A stretch of 64,000 bases of DNA from Schmidtea nova (taxonomy: Eukaryota), in contig CM097882.1 of assembly GCA_044892505.1 (NCBI GenBank), forward strand, positions 184,698,001 to 184,762,000. Direction: 5' to 3'. Below, piece by piece: positions 26,980 to 40,500 of this stretch (position 1 is the stretch's first letter; each line of letters starts with the position of its first letter). Made by a program: the position numbers and the translations under genes. The notes beneath the pieces were generated by a model. It saw only the letters and a list, made by a program, of their open reading frames with translations. It ran no database searches and was not told the DNA's origin.

Positions 26980-28330
26980 ATATCAAATAATCCAATCCCC
27001 TTAGTTAACAAATAGTACAATTCCTTACTTACTAACTTTATCAATACTAACCAACTAACTAACTATACATACTAACCAGCAAACACTTCCTTACTAACCA
27101 AATAGTTCTATACATCAACCAACTAACTCTTCACATTAACCAAGTATAAATACTAACCAGCAACCAATACCTTACTAACCATCTAGTTCTATACATTAAC
27201 CAACTAACTTTATTCACAAATCACCAACCAACTAACTAACTATACATACTAACCAGCAATCAATTCCTTACTAACCAACTAGTTCTATACATCAACCAAC
27301 TAACTCTTCACATTAACCAAGTAACTAACTAACTATACATACTAACCAGCAACCAATACCTTACTAACCAACTAGTTCTATACATTAACCAACTAACTTT
27401 ATTCACAAATCACCAACCAACTAACTAACTATACATACTAACCAGCAATCAATTCCTTACTAACCAACTAGTTCTATACATCAACCAACTAACTGTTCAC
27501 ATTAACCAAGTAAGTAACTAACTATACATACTAACCAGCAACCAATACCTTACTAACCATCTAGTTCTATACATCAACCAACTAACTTTATTCACAAATC
27601 ATCAACCAACTAACAAACTATACATACTAACCAGCAATCAATACCTTACTAACCAACTAGTTCTATACATCAACCAACTAACTCTTCACATTAACCAAGT
27701 AACTAACTAACTATGCATACTAACCAGCAACCACTTCCTTACTAACCAAATAGTTCTATACATCAACCAACTAACTCTTCACATTAACCAAGTAACTAAC
27801 TAACTGTACATACTAACCAGCAACCACTTCCTTACTTACCAACTAGTTATATACATCAACTAACTAGTTCTATCCATTAATCTTATACCTATCAGTCTAC
27901 CAACCAACCAACTAACTACCTATACACACTAACCAGAAATCAATTCCTTACTAACCAACTAGTTATATACATCAACCAACTAGTTCTATACATTATTCTT
28001 GTACCAACCAACCAACTACACTAACCAACTAACTAGCTATACATACTAACCAACAACTAATCTCTTACTAACCAACTAGTTCTATTCATCAACCAACTAG
28101 TTCTAATCATTATTCTTGTACCAACCAACCAACTACATTAACCAACTAACTAACTAAACACTATAATTATCAACCAATTCCTTACTTCCCAACTAACTAT
28201 TCTCATTAACCAACTAGTTCTATACATTAACCAACTAACTCTATTCATAAATCAACAACAGACTAGTTAATTATTAAATATCAATTGATTCTATCCACAA
28301 TCTACTAGTTAAATCAACTAATCGGATACC
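26980..28330. repeat. C/A-rich higher-order tandem array (ACTAACCA-rich); mirror copy at ~30900-31750
   Basis: Recurrent CATACTAACCAGCAA..CCTTACTAACCAACTAGTTCTATACAT units of ~60-170 bp. Confidence 0.9.
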
Positions 28331-29875
28331 AACTGACTCTATATATTAAACAAATAAATCTTCACTCTAAGGAAATTGTTCCACGTATCAATTAACTCTT
28401 CGCATTAACTAGATATGATATTTAAAACTATCTGATTCTAAATGTCGTGTCATAAAATTAAATTTATTACTTTGAATAATTAAATTAATCTTTAGTTGAT
28501 TATCAGTTTTTTAAAAGGTATACTAATATCTACGTAGTTAAAATGAATTTTTTTATTAAATAAAGTTCTTAAAATGTAAATAAATTTTATTCCAAATCTC
28601 TATTGAAATCATTGTTCATCTATTTCTTCACTTGATAACTAACATGTATAATTAATTTAAAAACATTATAAAAAACTCTGTTAACTAGGTAAACATATTA
28701 AAATGATAAGTAAGCAACTAATGAATTATTTTTGATACTTCTTATTACATGTTCAATTTAATTCTTCACTCCGTTAATTTTCAATTAATTATTCAATTAA
28801 TTCTAAAAATAATAAAAATTAATTCAAAAATTTCAGTACAAATATTTATTTATTAAACATTTTTATTAACCACGCTAAACAGTACTACCAAATGTTTTTG
28901 TCATTGGATTCTAGTATCAGATTCTGTTATATTCAATTCACATCAACATTGACGATATGTTTTTTATCAATAGCGACGGATAATAAAATCCCATTGGATC
29001 AAACATATTTTATCGGGTTTCACATAAACTGCAATCATGAAAATATAATTTGAATCTTTTGCAGGTAAAAACCATCACAAAAGAGGTTCTGCTACCAAAG
29101 GTTCTGTTAGAAAGGTTCTGTTAGAAAGGTTCTGCTACGTGATAAATTTAATGAAAATGTATCAATAATAGTATATATTACTAAGTGAATATACAATATG
29201 AATCTTTTACAGGTAAAAACCATCACAAAAGAGGTTCTGCTACCAAAGGTTCTGCTAGAAAGGTTCTGATACTAAGGTTATATTAGAAAAGTTCTGATAC
29301 TGAATATAATTGTTAATAATGAATTTTACCAAAATATTTATTGATTTTTCATTTTAAATATTTTCAGTGAATTATTAATATTAATATTTTTATTATTTTT
29401 ATTATTAGCACGTAATAATTTTGTAACATTAAATCTGTTTCGAATGTTCTTTATGAAATTTATAAAAGTTGATATAATAAGAAAAACTAATCAATTTATT
29501 CACAAAGGGCAAATTATGTATGTGATGCAGTTACCTCTTTAGGTATAGTAACTTTTCATTGAATTGTGACAGTTTTTATCATAATTCGAAGCATTACAAT
29601 ATTTTTTGATATATTCTGTCTATTAAAAGATTTTGCATAAATAATTAATTATCATATTAAAATAAAGTGTGTATCTGCACACAAAAATATCGATAAATAA
29701 AAATTAATGAAAATTGTTAAACGAAATCTGGTTGGTCAATTTAAATTATGAAAACATGTATATAAATTGATTAAAAATTACAGATTTCATTAAAAATGTA
29801 TCAATTTAAAAGTAAGTTTAATTAATTTTAAATGATTATTTTTAATATTTTATTCTAGAATCTTCGAACAAAAAG

Positions 29876-30336
29876 ATGTTGAAACAAGAAGTAATGAAAA
29901 TTATTCTTGAAGAAAATTCTATTTCGGCATCAAATTTGGTTAGGAATCCTGCAGTTCAATTTCTACAATACTCGATGGAATATTTAAAATTTCCAATCAT
30001 TTATTCATTTAAAGTATATATTTATTTAATTAAAATAAATTTCAAATATTTATTTTATAGGAACCTGTTACATTGAAACAATGCATGTATAATCTTCAAG
30101 TGGGGAAAATTGGAGATATTGATAGACGAAATATTTCAGAAATTTTGTTAGCAATTAACAAAGAAATACAATTTACTGAAGCTTTTACGTATATGAATTG
30201 CATTAAAGATTGTAATTTGAAAAATCTCGATGAAAATTCAATATATCAAATTAAGATAATGATTCAAGGCTTCAAAGAATCTAATGATGTTGTCAAACCT
30301 GTTTGGAAAATTATAGAAACAAATATATGTGAATAA
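29876..30336 (+). CDS. Spliced unknown ORF at the centre of the palindromic element
   Basis: Exon 29876-30013 and exon 30061-30336 join in frame across a 47-nt GT..AG intron. An upstream acceptor at 29858 suggests more exons. Confidence 0.6.
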
Positions 30337-31973
30337 AATTTATTTATCAAATCTTATCTTTTAATTTTATTTAATTTTATTTTTTGTTTTGGTTAATTTA
30401 AATTTTTAATAACAATTATTTTTTGTGTTAAATTTATTACCAAATATTTAAAATCGATTAGTTTTTTATTAAAATAAAAATAATATATATATATATATAT
30501 ATATATCAAATTCCAAATTAATTATTGTTGCCGGTGAAATATTAAAGAAAATTAATTTGAATTTTAATTTTAAACATATAATCAATTATTAAAACAAGAT
30601 CAATTTAGAATAATTATGATAATAAAATTAATTATTTTTATTTCATTTTAACTACGTAGATATTAGTATACCTTTTAAAAAACTGATAATCAACTAAAGA
30701 TTAATTTAATTATTCAAAGTAATAAATTTAATTTTATGACACGACATTTAGAATCAGATAGTTTTAAATATCATATCTAGTTAATGCGAAGAGTTAATTG
30801 ATACGTGGAACAATTTCCTTAGAGTGAAGATTTATTTGTTTAATATATAGAGTCAGTTGGTATCCGATTAGTTGATTTAACTAGTAGATTGTGGATAGAA
30901 TCAATTGATATTTAATAATTAACTAGTCTGTTGTTGATTTATGAATAGAGTTAGTTGGTTAATGTATAGAACTAGTTGGTTAATGAGAATAGTTAGTTGG
31001 GAAGTAAGGAATTGGTTGATAATTATAGTGTTTAGTTAGTTAGTTGGTTAATGTAGTTGGTTGGTTGGTACAAGAATAATGATTAGAACTAGTTGGTTGA
31101 TGAATAGAACTAGTTGGTTAGTAAGAGATTAGTTGTTGGTTAGTATGTATAGCTAGTTAGTTGGTTAGTGTAGTTGGTTGGTTGGTACAAGAATAATGTA
31201 TAGAACTAGTTGGTTGATGTATATAACTAGTTGGTTAGTAAGGAATTGATTGCTGGTTAGTGTGTATAGGTAGTTAGTTGGTTGGTTGGTAGACTGGTAG
31301 GTATAAGATTAATAGATAGAACTAGTTAGTTGATGTATATAACTAGTTGGTTAGTAAGGAAGTGGTTGCTGGTTAGTATGTATAGTTAGTTAGTTACTTG
31401 GTTAATGTGAAGAGTTAGTTGGTTGATGTATAGAACTAGTTGGTTAGTAAGGAATTGATTGCTGGTTAGTATGTATAGTTAGTTAGTTGGTTGGTGATTT
31501 GTGAATAAAGTTAGTTGGTTAATGTATAGAACTAGTTGGTTAGTAAGGTATTGGTTGCTGGTTAGTATGTATAGTTAGTTAGTTACTTGGTTAATGTGAA
31601 GAGTTAGTTGGTTGATGCATAGAACTAGTTGGTTAGTAAGGAATTGTTTGCTGGTTAGTATGTATAGTTAGTTAGTTGGTTAGTATTGATAAAGTTAGTA
31701 AGTAAAGAATTGTACTATTTGTTAACTAAGGGGATTGGATTATTTGATATATAGGCAATAGGAAGTGATTGTCACATGGAACAATTTCTTAGTTGGTTAA
31801 TATATAGAGTCAGTTGGTAACTTGTAAGTTACTAGTCGATTGATGATTTGTGGATAGAGTCAGTTGGCATTTGATCAGTTACTAGTCAGTGGTTTATTTG
31901 TGTGTAATGAGATTATTAGTTAGTTGATCGGTTTATTGTTGGTACTTAGATTGATTGATAGACGTTACTTATT

Positions 31974-32006
<33 letters not shown>

Positions 32007-35000
32007 ATTATTATTATTATAATTATAATTATTATAATTATTATTTACTTGTTCCCATATTTTTAATTATTACGTTTATTTTTTAAAAATTTATGTTATT
32101 AATCGATATTTTTTAACTTAGTATACAAAATTGTAACAACTCTTGTTTAATAACTATTTTTATTCTAAATAAATTCAATAATTACATATGTTTTATTTAC
32201 TACATTTATTTGTTGTTATTTGATCATTTCCCTAAAAAACATCATATTGAAAAACAATTAGATTTGTATTTATTAGTTAAAAATTTTACTTGTGAAAAAT
32301 ATTTACTTTCGAAAAAATGTTTACTTTGTATTTATTAATTAAAAAATTTACATTGATTTTATTGATAAAAAATTCTACATTGACTTTACTGTTAAAAGAT
32401 TTTACTTTAAAAAATTTCAAAAATAATTAATTATTCTCACATTTTTCAAATATTACCTTAAAAAGTTCCTTTAAAACCAATTCATTTTAAAATTATGACA
32501 TTAAAACTCACGTCTTTCTTAATTACTTTTTTATTCTTAATTTACTTATAATTCTATTTATCATTAAATTTATAATTATTTTTAAAATTCAATCTTTAAT
32601 TTATTTACTTTGCCATTTTTCATAAATCCAGTACAAATTATTTTTAAATTCTAAGTTTAATTTACTTATTATTTTCATGCTTTTATTTAATGTACCATTT
32701 TACTTGATAAATTCAATACAAAATAATGAGTGAATTATTTACTGAGTTTTGAAATTCGTATAGAATTTATTTACTTTTTTATTTAATGTACCATTTTACT
32801 TGATAAATTCAATACAAAATAATGAGTGAATTATTTACTGAGTTTTGAAATTTGTATAGAATTTATTTACTTTTTTATTTAATTATCATAAATTTATTTA
32901 GATTTAATTATTTAGTTTAAAAATTTTTATTTTAAATATTTCCACGTTTTTATGTACTTTACCCTTTTTTACTGAGACTGTCATTTCCCGTATAAAATTT
33001 TGATTTTTTCATGATTTTAATTTTTTGACCTTTATTGTTCGCTTTTCAATTCTCAGTAGATTGGTATAAAAATTATTGAATTCTGAGCATTTTTGATTTT
33101 TTGGAAATTCCCCGAGTTGACCTTTTACGTGTAAAAATTGAGTCGGAAAAGTCAAAATTTTCATGTTTTTACTTTTTGAACCTTTTTTGTTCGCCATTCG
33201 ATTCTCAGTAGATTGGTATAAAATTTATTTGATTCTGAGCATTTTTGATTTTTTGGAAATTCCCCGAGTTGACCTTTTACGTGTAAAAATTGGATCGGAA
33301 AAGATCAATTTTTCATGTTTTTTAATTTTTTGACCATTATTGTTTGTCTTTCAATTCTCAGTAGATTGATATAGAAATTATTGAATTCTGACCACTTTTT
33401 AATTTTCCCCGACCAAAATATTATTTTCAAAAATACCAGACTAAAAATCCTATACAAAAATCAAGATCAAAAATCATATTCAAAATTACCAGAGTCCCTT
33501 TTTGCCCGAGAAAATATCTGGGAGTTGAAAATCATATACAAAATACTTTAATGATAATTTACTTGTTTAAAAAATTTACACGTGTCTTTTATTTAGCATT
33601 AAAATATATATTTCAGTTCAAAATTACCAGAGTCTATTTTTACCCTAGAAAATATCTGGGAGTAGAAAATCCTAATCAAAATACTTTAATGATAATTTAC
33701 TTGTTTAAATAATTTACACGTGTTTTTTATTTACCATTAAAATTTCAGTTCAAAATTATCAGAGTTTATTTTTGCCCTAGAAAATATCTGGGAGTAGAAA
33801 ATCCTATTCAAAATACTTTTACGATAATTTACTTGTTTAAAAAAATTAAACGTCTTTTATTTAGCAATAAAATTACAGTTCAAAATTACAAGAGTCCCTT
33901 TTTGCCTGAGAAAAATATGGGAGTTGAAAATCCTAATCAAAATAATAGGACTAAAAATCCTATACAAAAAATACCAGACCAAAATATTGTATTCAAAAAT
34001 CCAGATCAAAAATCCTATACAAAAATTCCTGTACAAAAAGCCCAGAGGCCCTTTTTGCCCTAGAAAATCTCGGAGTAAAAAATCCTATACAAAAATAACC
34101 AGATCAAAATATTGTATTCAAAAAATTAAAATAAATTAATAATTAATATAAAATTAAAATAAATTAATAAATTAATTAATAAATTAATTAATAAATTAAT
34201 TAATAAATAAATATAAAAATTAATTAAAATTAATAAAATTAAAATTAATAAAATTAATAAAATTTAAATTAATTAATAAAATTTAAATTAAATTAAAATT
34301 AATAAAAATAAATTTTAATTAATTAATAAATTTTAAATTAAATTAAAATTAATAAAAATAAATAAAAATAAAATAAAGACTTCATTTAAACAAAATAATA
34401 AAATTAAATTGACTTCATTTAAACAAAAAATATAAATTTAAAAATTCACTTCATTTAAACAAATTAAAAAAATTTTAAAAATTTTATGGGGGGGGGTTAA
34501 AAATTTTTTTTTGGGGGGTCTGTTCCTGTTCTTGGGCGCTCCCCTACTCTACTATTGTTTATTGTTATATTGTGTTATATTGCATCTCTATTAATACCAT
34601 TTTAACGGCATTTAATTAAATTGATTAATTAAATTTTGTTGTATTTTAAATTTAAAAATATTTTCATTTTAAATATATACTAATTACAAATTAATTTGTT
34701 GTTTGATTCTTGATAAATTTAATTTATGCTTATTTTAATATTTAATTTATTTATTTTAATAAATAATTATATATTTATTCTCCGTAAATTTAATTTTAAT
34801 AATTACTTTATTTATTTCCTAAATATTTATTTTTCGTTTATTAAATGATGTGTGTATCCATTTTAAGCACGCGTTAATTGATCGATTAAAACAATCAAAT
34901 TTAATTTCGATTTAATTTTTCTATTATCTCTGTTTTTTACGATATTTCAATAGGGATTTCTTCTATAATTTTTACTAAATTTTGATCATGCTTTTCTTAT

Positions 35001-35834
35001 TCACTATATAAGTATCTTCTCCTTCAATTGTCGTCCGACCTGCACTCAAATTGTGGGATCTCTCCTGAGATTCCTCTCTTCCATCGTTTCCTCCCTAACT
35101 AGACCGACTTATGAGATTCGGCCTGGAGAGATCATGCACGAATAGCATTTAAAATTTATAATTAGCATTTCATGCATCAATATTTATTGCATCGTTCTTA
35201 TTTAGCTTCGAAAATGATGAAAAAATGTAAGAACCGGAAAATTTATTTTTATAAAGATAAAAACCTCGTGATTCACCGAAAATATATATGTGATCGGATT
35301 ATATGAATTTTTATGAAAATTTTTTTTTGTTTAATGTTGGTTTAGGATTAATTTAGTACGTTTTTTTATAAACATTTAGGATCTTATTGATTGAAATTTA
35401 AGTCAATTTCTTTTTAAGCCACCTTAGATCGATTCTAGTCATTTCAAACTCAATTAAGCGAAAATTTTGCAGCAATTTGACACTTGGTTAACAATGATTA
35501 TAGTGCTTGTTTTTGGATTATGCGTTTATTATCTGTATATAAATGGATTTTGGAGTAAACTGATTATTTTCGATTTTTAGATGATAATAGTCAAATAGAT
35601 GTGCCTAAAAAGCTTTAAGAAAACTTATGTATTAATAATTTTAATAATTTCACTTATTATGCCTATTAATTTAGATACCTAAGAAGTACTTGGGAAAAAG
35701 GAAATAACAAATTTCATAGCGAATAATATCTTTATAAATGTGCCAAAGTTATTTTATTTGATAAATCAAATATAGTTATTATACTTTATGAAACTCTTTA
35801 TGATACTTCTTGAACCCGCCCGCGACATTCGGTT

Positions 35835-35985
35835 ATTTATAGTTTCGATTCATTCGACGCTCACTTTTTGCGAATGTCCACCCATTTGTTACAATACCAA
35901 GGTTATATTGTGTCAGGTAAAAAAATGGTTTTGTTGTTTTGAGCCATAGTAACAATCAAAGCCGTATTGAGTATCAACAAGCAAA
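35835..35985 (+). repeat. Diverged copy of the CCA-terminated structured repeat
   Basis: TCGACGCTCACT..TGCGAAT..CCCATTTGTTACAATACCAA..GAGCCATAGTAAC..GTATTGA..ATCAACAA. Confidence 0.7.
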
Positions 35986-36320
35986 ATAGTGAAAGGTTCC
36001 ATGCTCTAGATGGTCAGAAAGGCGGACGTAATAAACTTTTGTTCATATATAAAGGTATGGTGATTCAATAAACATCCAAAAGATGTGTGATTAAATTAAT
36101 TACAAATTGTAATAACTAAAAAATATTTTAATTACCATCAAATAAAGTTCGAAAAAACAGCAATCTAAATATGTTATACAAAATGAAGCTTGGATTGCTT
36201 CGTTATACGATATCTCTTTACAAGATTTTATCCGTAAAACTAAGTGTTGTTATGAAATAACATAATAACAACTGAATGTGTAACAAAATAATTTTTAATT
36301 TTCTTTTTATAAAATATAGT

Positions 36321-36379
36321 AGAAGAGAATTATGTAGCAGAGAATTATGTAGCAGAGAATTATGTAGTAGAGAATTATG
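36321..36379. repeat. 15-bp tandem (AGAGAATTATGTAGC) x4
   Basis: Read directly. Confidence 0.9.
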
Positions 36380-37533
36380 TCTATCCATTTTTAGGCTGAA
36401 ATGGGTTAAGCATAAAACGTATAGAAAGAAGTATCTTGTAGTAAGTAACTATGAGTGACCTCTTACAATTTTGTATTTCGTTATTTATTTTGGCATGGAA
36501 ATTATAACTTATTAGAAAACAGACCATTTTCAGCACTTCGAGTTTACCAAATATCAAAATTTAAACTCTTTTACATATTAACAAGAAATGTCAAATTCCA
36601 GGCATTCTTTACCTTTAAACGTCAAGATACTTATACACCTAAAAAATAGGCGCCTCCCCATCTTTTTTTATATATTAAAAAAAAGATGGATAGGCGCCAT
36701 GGAAAAAAAATATTTTGAGGGATTATCGGTAGCATAAAGGTTGAAAACCTCTGATCTAGTTAGAAAATATGTTGTCGTAGAAAGAAAAAATAGAAAAAAG
36801 AAAGTACATAAGCATTTCAAAGAGATATAATTAAATTAATTTGAAAATTTTAAAGTGCTAGGAAATTGGAATATAGAAGAGGAAAAAAATTTTAATTGGA
36901 TTAGTTTTTTAATTTTTTTCTGATTTGAAATCAAAAAGACCTTTTTAATGAAAAGTAACAGATTTACATTGATTCCGAAAAATTTATCATATTTTTAACA
37001 AAAAGCATTTTAATAATGAAATTTTAATTTTAAAACTTATTAATCAGATTAACAATCAATGAAAAAGAAAATAATTCACGAGAAAGAATCAGCAGAAAAG
37101 TATGAAGATACTAGTTAGATTTCGAATTAGGATTGAAGAGGAATATTAAAAATTTCCCATTAACAAAACATTTTTTGTGACAAAGGCTCATTTTGTTATT
37201 TATTAATTTATTTAATACTTAATGTTGTTACCAAGGAATCACCATTTCATATTATTATGTCTATCTTCTGATTTAAAGTTAACCTTTCATTTTATTAATA
37301 TGTTTAAAAACTGTTGAAATGTCATGATATTTTCATATAATTTGAGCGATAAATATTATTTTCAAAGCAAAGTTCAATTACAAGATTTTTGAAAACAAAT
37401 ATTCCCTTTTTTCATCCTACATTTAATCATTTAGTTAAATATGTACAAATCTTCAACTTCAATTATTAAACAGATTGGAAATAATGCAAACTAAATGAAA
37501 TATGCGGTAAAACTCAATAGAAACTATGAAATA

Positions 37534-40500
37534 TTAATTCATTTTTGATTCATCTTCGTCTGAACTTGCACAGTCATCCATTCTGCTCGGTGTTCCGCGA
37601 TGGGTTTCCGTTATAACTGACTAAATGGTTAGTATATTCATATAATATATTGTACTGTCCGTATTAAACAAAGTTACTCGTGTCTGAAAGTCCAAAGGAT
37701 CACATATTGGAATTGGTTTGTCGAAACTAAGAGATATTGTTTTCTCTTTTAATATCTTAAACATATCTTTAAAAACCTAAATTTAGTTGCAAAATTATAA
37801 TTCCAGGATTCATTTTCAATCATAATTCTTTACTTTATCAGCTTCTTTCCGAGTTTTATATTTAACGGAGAAAAATAAAACATCATTATCTGAAGGCTCT
37901 ATCTTTTCTATTTGATAATTCTAAACAACACTTTAATATATCGATTGAAATATCAAAGAAAAACTTTGAAAATATTCCGAATATCATCTACTGTGGTGTT
38001 GGAAGTTAAGCCAGTAACGTAAAGCGTCTTTGGACGATTATCTAATTTCGTTTCAACGATAGATGGTAACTTGGCAGGACGCTTTGTAACTTGTTTAGAT
38101 ATTGTTTGCAGTTTTACGAGCTAAAACCTTTTTATTGGATATATTAATTTAAAATGTTTACTTCTCTCTTTAAGTCAGTTATCGTTTTTAATTGTTTTTT
38201 ATAAGTTTCGTCATCTTTATTCATGTGGACTAAATCGTTTTGAGCATTTTTAATTTTAAGCTTCAGCTAAATATAACGAAATATATTATTTTATTATTAA
38301 AAATAAATTTGTGAATTTGTATGTTGATTTTTACAGTTTTTGCAAAAAGTAAACCTTGTAAAAAATTGATTCACAAAATTAATTTTCATCTTAGAAACAT
38401 TTTAAATATTTAATAATTGTTATCGTATTATTTCTAATTTAAATAGGAGACTTTTTATAAATATTTTATCTCTTATTTTTTGATTTTTTGTTTCTATTCC
38501 TTAATATTTTATACATATTTTTATAAGTACTTCTGTGGTTAAAAATTGATTTTTTAAGTGAAAATTTAGTATTTGAAAAAAAATATTTTTAGGGACGTAA
38601 CAAATGTACTTTACCTAGATATGAGGAGGCTGATTTTGAAAATTTATCATGATTTTACTTTTTCTCAGTTGGTGGATCATATTAAATTTAACCACTGTCG
38701 GGACAATTATGTCCCAGTCAAATTTTTAAAAATATAGATGCCTTATTCTCTATGCTATTACAACCAACGCTTGTCCCACTCGTGTTTATAGTATTTTCGA
38801 CTAGTTTCGTCTATACTCGTTAATATACGTTGTGCCGGCTAGCAAACGTAACATTTTATTTCATTCGCTATCACAGTTTACAGCATGTGCTTTGTGAAAT
38901 TCGTCCTCAAAGGGTTAAAAGAACATATTAAAAATTGCAATAATTATTAAAAATTGACTGCAAAAAATATTAAATTGATTGCCATAATAATTAAATTGAT
39001 TGCAATAATTATTAAATTGACTTCAAAAATTATTAAGTTGTAATTAAATAGTTCGAAAAATGCTAAAATATTAAACATATATAAAGTAACTAACTTTTTC
39101 CTCTTCGCTCAAATCAGGGTAGAATGAATTTTTCTTTTTAATTGATTCTAACATTTCTCGTAAATGTTTAAAGTAATTATACGATTCAAGCAACTGTCTT
39201 TTGATAAGTTCTTGATCACAATCTGATTTTTTTTGTTCATCCAATAAATTCCTTAATCGCTTTTTACAAGATTGTAATGATTCTTCTAATTTGTCAATAC
39301 TATTTTTCAATTCTTCGCGCTTAATTTTATGAAATGTATTTTTATTAATATTAAACTTAAACTTACTGGATTGAGTATTTGCAATTTTTTATCACGATCT
39401 TTATTAGTATCGACAGTCTTGGTTTTTATTTCATCGATTTGTTTACTTACAGGTTTTACTTCTACTTCCTTGGAATAAAAATAATAATAATTATAATAAT
39501 TATCGTATATTAATACATTTGGTCTTCTATCCAATTTTAAATCACTAGCAATTGGCCATTTACTTTCTCTTGGATCGGTTTTCTTACTCTCTTCTACTAC
39601 TGTACTTTTTTTATCACTTTCGCTTACTTCTCTTTGCCGACCCCATTGTCCACAGGAAGAGTCATCACTAGGAGAAACACAATCCTGAATTTATAAAGAT
39701 AAATAATTATCAAGTCTTAAACCTTTTTTGAACGTGTTAACAGCAAAATTTAAAGTTAAACTAAACAAATATTAATTATCTTCATTTAGTTTGACTAATA
39801 TAAAAATTGAAACTAAACGAAAATATGAATAAAAAGATAGATGTAGATAAAAAATGTAGATAAAGATATGGTTAATGACTTTTTTATTGTTACTTTTTCT
39901 CAATAATGCTTGGAAATCGGGGAATCTTTTATGATAAAGCCACAAGCATACAAAGTCCCATCTCACAAAAATACGATGTAGCAAATGGAACAAGGGATAA
40001 GGGAGGACATGGCGAAAAGTCACCTATCTCAGGTTCTATCTTGTCGAAAATAAATATAATTTTTTTAAATTAATATTTATTTTATAATTATAATTTATTT
40101 TTATATTTATTTTTAATTAATATTTTTTATAATTAATAATTTATATATTTTTTTATATATTTTTTAATCAATATAATTGTTGTTATTACTAAAGGGGGAA
40201 TTGAAGACAACATTAACTACCTATCCTAGAATCCATTTTGTCGAAAATAAATATTATTTATTTTGTTTTATAATTTATATTTATTATTTATTTTATAATT
40301 AAAATTTATTTTTATAATTAAAATTTATTTTTATAATTTATATTTATTTATTATTAATATTTTTTATAATTAATAATTAATAACTATCTTTTTGTTTCAC
40401 TTTTGATCTTTTTTATTAATATCAATAATTTCCATAATGCTAAAACTATAGATCAATTTTTTTAACAAGTAAACATTATATTTCGGCACAGCCTTTATCA

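Larger units (their letters stand above)
24160..34553. mobile_element. 10.4-kb near-palindromic non-autonomous element with Polinton-type termini
   Basis: Ends AGTAGAGTAGGGG... / ...CCCCTACTCTACT. Perfect 6-bp TSD ATTGTT (24154-24159, 34554-34559). Inverted arms ~24160-28547 and ~30642-34553. Confidence 0.9.

Noticed and set aside
36649-36698. 50-bp hairpin followed by a hAT-like end GGTTGAAAACCTCTG
   Set aside because: Probably a MITE remnant; no partner end or TSD found.
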